Assembly: GCA_020344055.1 (NCBI GenBank) | Contig: CP070813.1 | Coordinates: 295,551-359,550 of the forward strand | Reading direction: 5' to 3' | Length of the DNA stretch: 64,000 bases | Source: Candidatus Zixiibacteriota bacterium | GTDB taxonomy: Bacteria > Zixibacteria > MSB-5A5 > UBA10806 | Shown here: positions 10,086 through 19,006 of the stretch, one piece after another | Position numbering within the stretch: position 1 is the first letter of the stretch | How the letters are laid out: every line of letters begins with the position of its first letter | Program-made: the position numbers and the translations under genes | Notes under the pieces: generated by a model | Seen by the model: only the letters and a program-made list of their open reading frames with translations | Database searches by the model: none | Told to the model about the DNA's origin: nothing

Positions 10086-11177
10086 TTACCCGGTCGAATC
10101 AAAGGAGTTGATTTCGTCAATAAGCAGTTTGAGAATCTCTGATTCATCATATCTTCCGACTATCTCCCCCCGGCGGGTCAGCATGACCCTGCCTTTTCCG
10201 CCGATCACGCCGATATCGGCCTCGGCGGCTTCGCCCGGACCGTTCACCAGGCATCCCATGACCGCGACCTTTATATCTTTATCGATACCTTCGAGCGCCT
10301 TCTCAACTTTTTCGGCCAATCCGTAAACATCGGTATCGGTTCTCCCGCACGACGGGCAGCTGACCAGCTCCAGTCCTTTCCTCCTGAGCCCTAATGCCTT
10401 GAGGATGGCCCAGGCCGCCTTTATCTCATGCTCGATGTCGGCGGTAAGCGAAACCCTTATGGTATCGCCGATACCGTCATATAGCAACTTCCCCATGGCC
10501 ATAGCGGATTTTATCGCTCCGTTAAACGCTGTCCCCGCCTCCGTAACTCCCAGATGAAGCGGATAATCGCATCGCTTCGCGACCATTTCATAACATTCTA
10601 TTGTTTCAATAACCGATGTGGCTTTAATGGAGATCACAATATCCTTGAAGTCATGTTTTTCCAGAATTTCCACATGCCGCAGCGCCGATTCCACCATCGC
10701 CTCCGGCCTGGGGCCGCCGTGCTTGTCGATCAGATCGACCTCCACCGAACCGTGATTCACTCCTATTCTTATGGGTATGCCTTTTTCGCCGGCCTTATCC
10801 ACCACCGCCCGTACTTTCTCCTCGCTGCCGATATTGCCGGGATTTATTCTCAACTTGTCGAAACCGGCGTCCGCGGCCAATAATGCGAATCGATAATTAA
10901 AATGGATGTCGGCCACCAGCGGCACGTCGGTTCCCTTTTTAATATCGGCCAGCGCCGACGCCGCTCTCTTATCCGGCACCGCCACCCTGACGATTTCGGC
11001 ACCACACGCCGCTGCCCGGTTTATCTCCGAAATCGTCCTCTCGACCTGATCCGGCGGCGTGTTAACCATGGTCTGGACGGCTATGGGATGACCACCGCCG
11101 ATAAGGATATTCCCTATCTTGACGATCCGGGATTTTCTTCTTTCAGTCTTCTTTCTCATCGTAAATTTTTGTTTCAT
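10086..11177 (-). CDS. ispG: 4-hydroxy-3-methylbut-2-enyl diphosphate synthase (MEP pathway)
   Basis: IVKIGNILIGGGHPIAVQTMVNT...ELVSCPSCGRT...KVAVMGCLVNGPGEA. The true start may be the internal MRKK at 11159. Overlaps the ispH 3' end. Confidence 0.92.
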   Translation of the reverse strand: MKQKFTMRKKTERRKSRIVKIGNILIGGGHPIAVQTMVNTPPDQVERTISEINRAAACGAEIVRVAVPDKRAASALADIKKGTDVPLVADIHFNYRFALLAADAGFDKLRINPGNIGSEEKVRAVVDKAGEKGIPIRIGVNHGSVEVDLIDKHGGPRPEAMVESALRHVEILEKHDFKDIVISIKATSVIETIECYEMVAKRCDYPLHLGVTEAGTAFNGAIKSAMAMGKLLYDGIGDTIRVSLTADIEHEIKAAWAILKALGLRRKGLELVSCPSCGRTDTDVYGLAEKVEKALEGIDKDIKVAVMGCLVNGPGEAAEADIGVIGGKGRVMLTRRGEIVGRYDESEILKLLIDEINSFDSTG

Positions 11178-12060
11178 AAACCCCTTTATCGGCCGCGATA
11201 TCCTTTATACGCTCCACCACCTGGCTTATTATTTTGTCCGGCGTGGATGCCCCGGCGGTGATACCCACATTTTCTATACCGGAGAACCATTCCGGTTCCA
11301 ATTCCTCGGCGCTGTCGATTAAATACGTTTCTGTGCCGGTCTTTTTGGATATGGATACCAGGCGCTTGGAGTTGGCCGACGTCTGCGAACCGACCACCAG
11401 CACCAGATCCACCCTCGGGGCCAGCTCGATTATGGCGGCCTGGTGTTTTCTGGTGGCGTCGCAGATGGTGTTCTTGATCTTGGCCTCAGGGTATTTTTGT
11501 CGAACCAGCTCGGCGGCCTTTTCAAACAGTTCGAGCGACTGCGTGCTCTGGGATATTAACGCTACCTTGCCGTCGATATCGGGCAGGTCCTCGGGTTTCG
11601 TAATTTCTTTTATCACGTGGACTTTTTCCGGGTTTCTCCCTTTTACCCCCTTCATCTCGTCATGATTGGGGTCGCCGTGCACCAGGACGGTGAAATTTCG
11701 ATTTATGAAATAGTCAGCCGACTTATGAATGACCTTTACCAGGGGGCAGGTTGAATCGATTACATTCAATCCTATTTTGCGGGCTTTTTCTATTACCGAT
11801 GGCGCGACCCCGTGGGCGGATATTATCAGAGTCCCGTTTTTTATATCATCCAGGTTCGTCGTGCGGGCGATCCCTTTTCGTTCCAGTTCGGCAACGACCG
11901 AATTATTGTGAACGATCTCGTTTAATATTGTTATATCTCCCTCGATTTCCTCCCGGGCCTTTTCGGCCATGCTTATGGATCTCTCCACCCCCATACAGAA
12001 GCCGCGAGCCCTAGCGAGATATATATTCAAAGTTGCCATAGTCGTCGTATCCTGAACCAT
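11143..12060 (-). CDS. ispH: 4-hydroxy-3-methylbut-2-enyl diphosphate reductase (LytB)
   Basis: LARARGFCMGVERSISMAEKA, ILNEIVHNNSVV, LVVGSQTSANSKRL. Confidence 0.92.
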   Translation of the reverse strand: MVQDTTTMATLNIYLARARGFCMGVERSISMAEKAREEIEGDITILNEIVHNNSVVAELERKGIARTTNLDDIKNGTLIISAHGVAPSVIEKARKIGLNVIDSTCPLVKVIHKSADYFINRNFTVLVHGDPNHDEMKGVKGRNPEKVHVIKEITKPEDLPDIDGKVALISQSTQSLELFEKAAELVRQKYPEAKIKNTICDATRKHQAAIIELAPRVDLVLVVGSQTSANSKRLVSISKKTGTETYLIDSAEELEPEWFSGIENVGITAGASTPDKIISQVVERIKDIAADKGVYETKIYDEKED

Positions 12061-12068
12061 CTTACTTC

Positions 12069-12623
12069 TTATAAACTCAGAAAATACTCGTGGAGGAGGC
12101 TGTTTTCGGTTAATTCCGGATGAAACGCCAGCGCCATCTTATTGCCCGAAATCACGCCCGTGATTTCGTCTCCCAGCCACGCGATCGGCTTGACCTTATC
12201 GCCTATGCGGATAAATTTCGGCGCCCTGATAAAGACCATCTCGAACGATTCATCGGAAATCGCTATTTTTCCCGTGGCCGTGAACGAGTTTATCTGCCTC
12301 CCGTAGGCGTTTCGTTTCGCGGTAATGTCCAGCATCCCCCATCCTTCGGCTTTCGGTGACTCGATCTCCTTCGCCATTAACACAGAACCCATGCAGGTTC
12401 CCATTACCGGACCTTTAAATGACGCCAGTCTGTTCCAGAATCCCTCCGATTTCGCCACCTTTCGAATTGTCGTCGATTCGCCGCCGGGAACCACCAGATG
12501 GGTAATGTCCGAAAGCTCTTTTTCGGATCTAATTTCTTTATAGGCGACGCCTAACTTCTTAAATACCCTTATATGCGCTTTAAAATCGCCCTGGATGGCC
12601 AGGACGCCTGCCAGGATACCCAT
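12069..12623 (-). CDS. pdxT: Pyridoxal 5'-phosphate synthase glutaminase subunit
   Basis: MGILAGVLAIQGDFKAH...LVVPGGESTT...GTCMG; class I glutamine amidotransferase immediately downstream of pdxS. Confidence 0.88.
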   Translation of the reverse strand: MGILAGVLAIQGDFKAHIRVFKKLGVAYKEIRSEKELSDITHLVVPGGESTTIRKVAKSEGFWNRLASFKGPVMGTCMGSVLMAKEIESPKAEGWGMLDITAKRNAYGRQINSFTATGKIAISDESFEMVFIRAPKFIRIGDKVKPIAWLGDEITGVISGNKMALAFHPELTENSLLHEYFLSL

Positions 12624-12624
12624 T

Positions 12625-13506
12625 CTATCTGGTCTGCAGGAGCTGATCCTCGGGTATCTGCTTGATATCGAGGCCCTTCATGGCCAGACCGAGCGATTTC
12701 GACGCTTCCGCCACGATTTTCGGGTCGCTGTAATGAGTGGTGGCGAGCACAATGGCTTTGGCGCGTCTTTTCGGATCGGATGATTTAAAGATGCCGGAGC
12801 CGACGAACACCGATTCGGCCCCCAGCTGCATCATCAGCGAGGCATCGGCGGGGGTGGCGATACCTCCCGCGGCGAAATTCGGCACCGGCAGTTTGCCGTG
12901 CTCCTTGACATATTTTACCAGCTCGTGGGGGGCCCCGAGGTTTTTAGCCTCGGTCATAAGCTCTTCATCGTCGAGAGTGGTTATCCGTCTTATCGCGCCC
13001 ACCACGGCTCTCATATGCCGCACGGCCTCAACGATATTACCGGAACCGGCTTCACCTTTAGTGCGTAAAAGCGCCGCTCCCTCGCCGATTCTGCGAAGCG
13101 CCTCGCCAAGATTGCGACATCCGCATACAAATGGGATCTTAAATTTCGTCTTATCGATATGATTGTGCTCGTCGGCGGGCGTAAGCACCTCGGACTCGTC
13201 GATGAAATCGACCTCCAGCGCCTCCAGCACCTGCGCCTCGGCGAAATGCCCGATCCTGGTTTTGGCCATCACAGGTATCGATACCGCCGCCTTGATCTGC
13301 TCGATTATGGTCGGATCGGCCATGCGGGCCACCCCGCCGTCCGCGCGTATATCTGCCGGCACTCTCTCCAGAGCCATCACCGCGCACCCTCCAGAATCCT
13401 CGGCGATCCTCGCCTGCTCGGCGTTGGTGACATCCATGATCACTCCGCCCTTCAACATCTCCGCCAGCCCCACCTTTACCTTAAATTCTTTATCGTTAAT
13501 AAACAT
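12625..13506 (-). CDS. pdxS: Pyridoxal 5'-phosphate synthase lyase subunit
   Basis: [35 protein letters not shown]...GVARMADP is highly conserved PdxS sequence. Confidence 0.92.
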   Translation of the reverse strand: MFINDKEFKVKVGLAEMLKGGVIMDVTNAEQARIAEDSGGCAVMALERVPADIRADGGVARMADPTIIEQIKAAVSIPVMAKTRIGHFAEAQVLEALEVDFIDESEVLTPADEHNHIDKTKFKIPFVCGCRNLGEALRRIGEGAALLRTKGEAGSGNIVEAVRHMRAVVGAIRRITTLDDEELMTEAKNLGAPHELVKYVKEHGKLPVPNFAAGGIATPADASLMMQLGAESVFVGSGIFKSSDPKRRAKAIVLATTHYSDPKIVAEASKSLGLAMKGLDIKQIPEDQLLQTR

Positions 13507-14078
13507 AACGCACCTCTCTTTTCAGCCTCCGCAGAGGAAAATCCCCCTGCCGAGTATTTATATCCAGCATAAAAAGATAAGTTTGCGAAATACGGTTGTC
13601 AATATTTTTGGATGGCATCATGGACACCCGTTTACATTCTTGGAGGCGATGGGATGTGGGTAGGCCGCAGGCAGTCGGAAGCCCGGTTTACCGTCGAATA
13701 GCCCTGATCGCGACTGGAAAAGGTATCTTTGCGCTCGATATCACCCCGTAATAACCCCGACCTTACAGCCGGGGTGTAATACTGAAAAAAAACCTTGACA
13801 GAGCTTTAAAATGGATTATTTTGTTCACAATTGCTACTTTGATTATGCCTCATTGATTGTCTTCGGGAATTCAATATTGCGCTTTGACTGAAATGAATCC
13901 CTGCGAAAAAAATGAAAATCAGGATTATTCCGATCTCGTTGTCAATGCCGTCGGCTGCGGTATTTTCTCTAAAAGAATGGGGATACTGTTCGGCCATATA
14001 TTAATCCTGTAACTGGTCGGGAGCCAATGCTCGGGGATTTAAAAAAAATCATAACATTATAAAGATAAGGAGGTAATC

Positions 14079-15371
14079 TTGAAACTGGCAGTTTTAGCTT
14101 TGTTGGGGAGTGTATTATTTATTTTCACCAGTGTTTCATTAGCCCAGGCGCCGGATACCTTCTGGACAAGGATATATGGCGGGACATTCACTGACTGCGG
14201 TTATTCGGTTCAACAGACCTCTGACGGCGGATACATCATTGCCGGATATACGGAGTGCTTCGGTGCAGGTTTGGCGGATGTCTGGCTTATAAAGGCAGAT
14301 AACATCGGCGACACCCTCTGGGCGAGGACATACGGGGGACAAAATATCGATATTGGATATTCAGCTGACATTACTTCCGACGGCGGATTCATTATTGCAG
14401 GGCAAACGCAATCCTTCGGCGCGGGTGGTTCGGATGTTTATCTTATAAAGACAGATGCCAGCGGCGATACTCTGTGGACAAAAACATATGGAGGAACCGG
14501 TAATGACATCGGCTGGTCGGTTGAACAAACCTCTGATGGTGGATATATCATTGCCGGAAACACAACTTCGTTCGGTGCGGGCTCTAATGACGTCTGGCTT
14601 ATAAAAACAGATTCCAACGGGGATACGGCCTGGACAAAGACCTACGGGGGAGCAGATTCCGATGGAGGACGTTCTGTTCAGCAGACCTCTGACGGCGGAT
14701 ACATCATTACCGGAACCACATGGTCATTCGGCCCGGGTGAATATGATATTTACCTGATAAAGACAGACTCCTCCGGCGATACGCTCTGGACCCGGGCATA
14801 TGGCAGTGCGCTTTATGACTACGGTTATTCCGTCGATGTTACCTCCGATAGTGGATACATAGTCGCGGGATGCTGGCAAACGACGGTCCATCCTTACGAC
14901 AATAAGGCGGCTTATCTGATTAAGACGGATACCGGCGGCGATACTCTCTGGACGAAGATCATACCCTTTCCATGGCCGTATGTCACGGAAGAGGCTTTCT
15001 CGGTTCAGCAGACCTCCGATGACGGGTATATCGTCGGCGGGTACTCAGATCCGTACTATGGGCAGTCCAATTATGCTCTTCTTGTTAAAACGGATTCCGC
15101 CGGTGATACGCTCTGGGTAAGGAGATTTCGACTTGTCGACCAACCTTATCAACACCATGCATTTTATTCTGTTCAGCAGACCGCTGACGGCGGATATGTC
15201 GCCGTCGGGTATGGAAGGGGTTGGGATCTTTATTTCCTGAGAGGAGCCTATTTCCCCACCATCCCCACCCTCTCCGAATGGGGTATTCTCATAATGGGGT
15301 TGCTGCTGCTGGCTGTCGGAACAGCGGCCATTGTCAGAAGAAGGAGAACGGAATCGAGAGTACTGAATTAA
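14079..15371 (+). CDS. Secreted tandem-repeat (~47 aa x8, beta-propeller-like) protein with a C-terminal IPTL-CTERM sorting domain
   Basis: TTG start with RBS aaggagg 8 nt upstream. Signal peptide MKLAVLALLGSVLFIFTSVSLAQA. Repeats W(T/A)(R/K)TYGG..D.G.SV.QTSDGGYIIAG.T.SFGAG..DV(W/Y)LIKTD..GDTLW. C-terminal IPTLSEWGILIMGLLLLAVGTAAIVRRRR (15261-15368). Confidence 0.75.
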   Translation: MKLAVLALLGSVLFIFTSVSLAQAPDTFWTRIYGGTFTDCGYSVQQTSDGGYIIAGYTECFGAGLADVWLIKADNIGDTLWARTYGGQNIDIGYSADITSDGGFIIAGQTQSFGAGGSDVYLIKTDASGDTLWTKTYGGTGNDIGWSVEQTSDGGYIIAGNTTSFGAGSNDVWLIKTDSNGDTAWTKTYGGADSDGGRSVQQTSDGGYIITGTTWSFGPGEYDIYLIKTDSSGDTLWTRAYGSALYDYGYSVDVTSDSGYIVAGCWQTTVHPYDNKAAYLIKTDTGGDTLWTKIIPFPWPYVTEEAFSVQQTSDDGYIVGGYSDPYYGQSNYALLVKTDSAGDTLWVRRFRLVDQPYQHHAFYSVQQTADGGYVAVGYGRGWDLYFLRGAYFPTIPTLSEWGILIMGLLLLAVGTAAIVRRRRTESRVLN

Positions 15372-15574
15372 TATTGAAACAAAAAATATATTATACCGCA
15401 AGTATGGAACCGGCCCGACAAGACGGGATTGCGCCCAGGTGGTAATGATATAAGATGATTCTCCGGATATCACGGAGTGATAAAGCGGGTCAATCTTAGA
15501 GGAACACCTGTGGATATAAAAGAATTTCGCCTGTGAGGGTCATTCTCAGATCGACCCCAAAAGGCTAATTCTCT

Positions 15575-15603
15575 TGACTTCAGATCAATATCGGTTAAAT
15601 TAT
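15575..15603 (+). promoter_or_regulatory. Candidate sigma70-like promoter for the beta-helix gene
   Basis: TTGACT, 16-17 nt spacer, TAAATT; about 70 nt upstream of the GTG start. Confidence 0.3.
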
Positions 15604-15675
15604 TACAGAAGACGGCTTGCCGAATATTGAATAGCTCAGCTTCGCTTTAAAACTGCTGCTTTGCGGAGGCTGGTT

Positions 15676-17088
15676 GTGCGCAATAGATTAATATTATACG
15701 GCCTTATTATTGCTTGCATGCCCCTGACATTATGGGCTGCGGTCATCCATGTCCCCGGCGATTGCCCCGCCATCCAGGCGGCGGTCGATTCCTGTGCCGG
15801 AGGCGATACGGTCATGGTCGCGCCCGGAGTTTATTCCGGCGATGGCAACCGTGATATATCCATCTTGGCAATATCTATTACCGTCATCAGTTCCGATGGC
15901 CCGCTGTGGACTATTATCGACGGTGGGAACGGCTATAAAGGCTTCAATATAATCGGTGGCGGGGCGCCTGCCACCGTCATAGAGGGCTTTACCATCCAAA
16001 ACGTCTCCTACGGGGTTTACTGCGATTCCGCTTCCGTTGTCATGAATAACGTCATCATCGAGGATTTCCTGTTCCGGGCGATTCACTTCGACGGTTTTTT
16101 ATACGACCCGCCGTTAACAGCCGATATCGATGAGTGTATAATTCACCAGATAGATCCATCATACCAGGGGACCGGCATAGGCTTCCGCGGAGCCCGGAGC
16201 GTTATCGTGTCGGTATACGGATCTATATTCAGCGATTGCCTTTACGGTTTCGAATTTCATACCCTTGAAAATCGGGTTCCCAATTTCGATATCCAAAAAT
16301 GCGTCGTTAGAAACAATCTGCTCGACGGTATCTGGACTCATTCGTGACACCAGCTTTCGCCGGCGGGTTCGGCGCAATACTGTAATTTCTCGGGCAACGA
16401 CAACTACGATATCCGCGCCGAGGCCTGCAGCGATCCCAACACCGTTATCGACGGCCGCTACAACTTCTGGGTCCGGACCGATTCGGCCAGCATAGCCGAT
16501 AGCTGCATCTTCGATCATCTTGACGATCCCGAGGCCCCCACAGTCGATTTCATGCCTTTCCTGTCCCAGCCGGGCGTGGCCGTTATCGCCGGCGTCGTTA
16601 CCGACGATTCGCTGAACCCCATCGACGCGGTGATAGTGCACGTCGAGGGGCAGATATTCTCCGACACCACCGATATAAACGGCGAATATATGATTGCCGG
16701 GCTGCAGATGGGGTATTGCGATATCTCGTTTTCGCATGACCTTTATGATGACTCCGTGGTTACCGGCCTGTTCGCCGTGATACGCGACACCGCCGTTGTC
16801 GACATGGTCCTCTTCGAATGTACCGCGGACAATTACGTGGTCGGCGACGTTAACGAGAGCGGCGACTACAACGGCCTCGATATAATTTACGGGGTCGCCT
16901 ATTTCAAAGGCGGCGACCCCCCGCCATTTCGATGCATCTGCCCGCCCCACGGGGTCTGGCATCTGGCCGGCGACGTCAACGCCAGCTGCAGCTACAACGG
17001 CCTCGATATTACCTACGGGGTCAACTACCTCAAAGGGATAATCCCGGAACGGCTCCCCTGCCCCGACTGCCCGCCGATCGGGTCGTAG
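15676..17088 (+). pseudogene. Secreted right-handed beta-helix (pectate-lyase-like PbH1) + CarboxypepD_reg-like + dockerin-like-tail protein, interrupted by one in-frame TGA (16345-16347)
   Basis: ORFs 15661..16347 and 16552..17088 are in the same frame. Manual translation across the single TGA is continuous and sensible (...DGIWTHS*HQLSPAGSAQYCNFSGNDNYDIRAEACSDPNTVIDGRYNFWVRTDS...). N-terminal AVIHVPGDCPAIQAAVDSCAGGDTVMVAPGVYSG is the classic PbH1 start. C-terminal CTADNYVVGDVNESGDYNGLDIIYGVAYFKGG...CPDCPPIGS tail. Confidence 0.6.
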
Positions 17089-17138
17089 GCGGTCGGTTCA
17101 TCCGGCCGCGCATAAACCCCTTGACACCTTCTACTGAG

Positions 17139-17291
17139 CCGTCAGGAATCCTTTCCTGACGGTTTAAGACCACCTCAATTGTCATTCCCGAAATCGCTAA
17201 TCGGGAATCTATTATGGGCCAGTTGCAGTAGGTCGAAAGGCTTGCCTTTCGACAACCAGAGTGTCGAAACCATAAAGGTTTCGACCTACTG
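17139..17291. repeat. Cluster of short structured repeat modules: GTCAGG...CCTGACGGTTTA hairpin, attcccga...tcgggaat hairpin, and a 66-nt double hairpin
   Basis: GTCAGGaatcctttCCTGAC (17139-17160); gtcATTCCCGAaatcgctaaTCGGGAATc; cagtaggtcgaaaggcttgcctttcgacaaccagagtgtcgaaaccataaaggtttcgacctactg (17226-17291) holds two perfect hairpins (10-bp and 9-bp stems) plus an outer inverted repeat. The same modules recur at 18523-18680 in a different order. Confidence 0.6.
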
Positions 17292-17296
17292 CCTTC

Positions 17297-17500
17297 CCGC
17301 GTCCGTAGGCGGTCGGTTCATCCGGCCGCGGCCAAGTAGCGATCACGAATGCAAATTCGACAATCCACTTGACAGCAAGTTAAAATGGATTATCTTATAC
17401 ACACAACACGTTCGGCCTACTTTGATCGACTGCAAGGCTGAAATTGGATACGACGAGTTAGCGCCTTTGGATAGACAAACAGATTCAACGGAGGTCTGAG
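17297..17500 (+). promoter_or_regulatory. Conserved ~200-nt promoter/5' leader module shared with the 19007 gene
   Basis: Starts GTAGGCGGTCGGTTCATCCGGCCGCG (near-palindromic hairpin), then ...GCAAATTCGACAATCCACTTGACAGCAAG with a TTGACA -35-like hexamer at 17369-17374, then a conserved RBS region aacGGAGGtctgagGTG. It aligns with 18812-19006 along its whole length; a 27-nt identical fragment also sits at 17085-17111. Confidence 0.5.
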
Positions 17501-18514
17501 GTGAAGAGAGTTATTTCGTATTTTTCCAGATTGATTTTTATAGCTTGCCCCTTACTCGTATTTGTTTTTTCAAATGCCCGCCCAACGGAAAGGATGGTAT
17601 TAGGGGAGTTTTTTAATAATACAGGATGTCCCTACTGTCCTCCGGCAAGCCAGGTTTTGGACCAGTTAGTACAGAATTATGATTCAAACTTCGTTTCAAT
17701 CAGGTATCACATATGGTGGCCATTCTCAAACGATCCTTTCTGGCTGTACAATCAAGGCGAAATCGAGATAAGAAAAATTTACTATAATATTAGTTCCGTG
17801 CCACGTTGTTTTTTTGATGGATCTATTGATGGGGGCGGCGCCTACGGGAATTGGGAGACAATAGTCCAGGATCGAATCTTAGTTGACTCGCCGCTGGACA
17901 TCAGATCTTTTGCAGCTTTTGATAGCGTTTCTTTAACCGGCGATTTAAATATATATGTTATCGCGACGTCTAATATTTCGCAATCCGATTTAAAATTGAG
18001 AATCGCCATTACGGAAAATAACCTGGATTATGGCGGCAGTACATATAATCAGGTTTTCAGGGATATGATTCCGAGTACTGAAGGGATACCTTTTATTATA
18101 ACGGAGGGAGATACGGTAGAGTTTTTTGAGCAATATAGCTGCCCCGCGCCTTTGATTTATCAAAATTGTGAAATTGTCGTTTTTGTACAATCCGATGTTG
18201 ACAGGGAAATACTTCAGTGTAATAGGATAAAAATCCCGGAGGATCTGGTGGCGTGCAACTACGTAGTTGGGGATATCAACGGCAGCGACAGCTATAATGG
18301 TCTCGATGTAACCTACGGCGTGGCCTACCTCAAGGGCGGCAGCCCACCGCCGTTCTCCTGCGAATGTCCCCCGCACGGCGCCTGGTACGTGGCCGGCGAC
18401 GTTAACGCCAGCTGCAATTACAACGGTTTGGATATTACCTACGGCGTTAATTACCTCAAGGGGGTAATACCCATACTGCTCCCCTGCCCCGACTGCCCGC
18501 CGTCAGGGGAGTAA
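17501..18514 (+). CDS. Secreted thioredoxin/glutaredoxin-like (CPYC motif) protein with a dockerin-like Cys-containing C-terminal tail
   Basis: GTG start with GGAGG 8 nt upstream; signal peptide. VLGEFFNNTGCPYCPPASQVLDQLVQNY has a thioredoxin-fold beta-alpha layout with a CxxC. C-terminal CNYVVGDINGSDSYNGLDVTYGVAYLKGG...CECPP...GDVNASCNYNGLDITYGVNYLKG...PCPDCPPSGE (18254-18511). Confidence 0.6.
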   Translation: MKRVISYFSRLIFIACPLLVFVFSNARPTERMVLGEFFNNTGCPYCPPASQVLDQLVQNYDSNFVSIRYHIWWPFSNDPFWLYNQGEIEIRKIYYNISSVPRCFFDGSIDGGGAYGNWETIVQDRILVDSPLDIRSFAAFDSVSLTGDLNIYVIATSNISQSDLKLRIAITENNLDYGGSTYNQVFRDMIPSTEGIPFIITEGDTVEFFEQYSCPAPLIYQNCEIVVFVQSDVDREILQCNRIKIPEDLVACNYVVGDINGSDSYNGLDVTYGVAYLKGGSPPPFSCECPPHGAWYVAGDVNASCNYNGLDITYGVNYLKGVIPILLPCPDCPPSGE

Positions 18515-18522
18515 ATGCGTTA

Positions 18523-18680
18523 CAGTAGGTCGAAAGGCTTGCCTTTCGACAATCCGAGTGTCGAAACCATAAAGGTTTCGACCTACGCAACTGCCCGCCG
18601 GTGGGGCCGTAACAACCCATGCGCCGTCATGAATCCGATCCTGACGGTTTATTGTGTCATTCCTGCGAAAGCAGGAATCC
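18523..18680. repeat. Second copy of the structured repeat modules (double hairpin, GTCA(t)G..CCTGACGGTTTA, attcctgc-gaaa-gcaggaat hairpin)
   Basis: cagtaggtcgaaaggcttgcctttcgacaatccgagtgtcgaaaccataaaggtttcgacctac (18523-18586) is near-identical to 17226-17289. Followed by cctgacggttta and gtcATTCCTGCgaaaGCAGGAATcc. Confidence 0.6.
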
Positions 18681-18754
18681 ATAAAGAAAGGCCATTATGG
18701 ATGCCGGATCAAGTCCGGCACGACGATAAGATGATCTGAGATTAATTGTTTATT

Positions 18755-18797
18755 TAATTATATCCGTATCTTTTCTAGCTCCGCCTCCCCCGCCTAC
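18755..18797. repeat. 45-bp direct repeat copy A; a fragment identical to the 3' end plus stop of the PP-loop gene at 21563
   Basis: TTAATTATATCCGTATCTTTTCTAGCTCCGCCTCCCCCGCC. On the minus strand it would encode ...GEAELEKIRI*, matching the C-terminus of the 21563..22573 protein. Pairs with 21553-21597. Confidence 0.7.
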
Positions 18798-18811
18798 GCT
18801 ATCTGCTGGCT

Positions 18812-19006
18812 GTAGGCGATCGGTTCATCCGGCGGCGAGCAGGTAACGATAATGAACGCAAATTCGAAAATTCACTTGACAGCAATCTATTATCAATTAA
18901 CTTATAGCAGCAACGAAACTTGCCCGCTTTGATCAACTGCGTATTTGAGATGAAGACATTGGCAGAAAGCCTAAAAATAGATAAATAGATTCATCGGGGG
19001 TCTGAG
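18812..19006 (+). promoter_or_regulatory. Second copy of the conserved promoter/5' leader module
   Basis: GTAGGCGATCGGTTCATCCGGCGGCG...GCAAATTCGAAAATTCACTTGACAGCAAT (TTGACA at 18876-18881) ... ttcatcGGGGGtctgagATG. Alignable to 17297-17500, with more divergence in the 3' half. Confidence 0.5.

Noticed and set aside
16345-16347. UGA recoding (Gly/Trp genetic code or selenocysteine) as the explanation for the in-frame TGA
   Set aside because: TGA functions as a normal stop for several other well-supported genes in the window (ends at 41449, 47825 and 49209). The protein is an extracellular beta-helix with no redox context. A pseudogene or sequencing error is more parsimonious, though a SECIS search would settle it.
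17179-17499. ORF of 106 aa and its look-alike at 18515..18739 (both start ...SRSKGLPFDN.SVETIKVSTY)
   Set aside because: Their similarity comes from the nucleotide-level structured repeat they overlap (double hairpin at 17226-17291 and 18523-18586). There is no RBS and the sequence is hairpin-dense. They are best explained as non-coding repeats.
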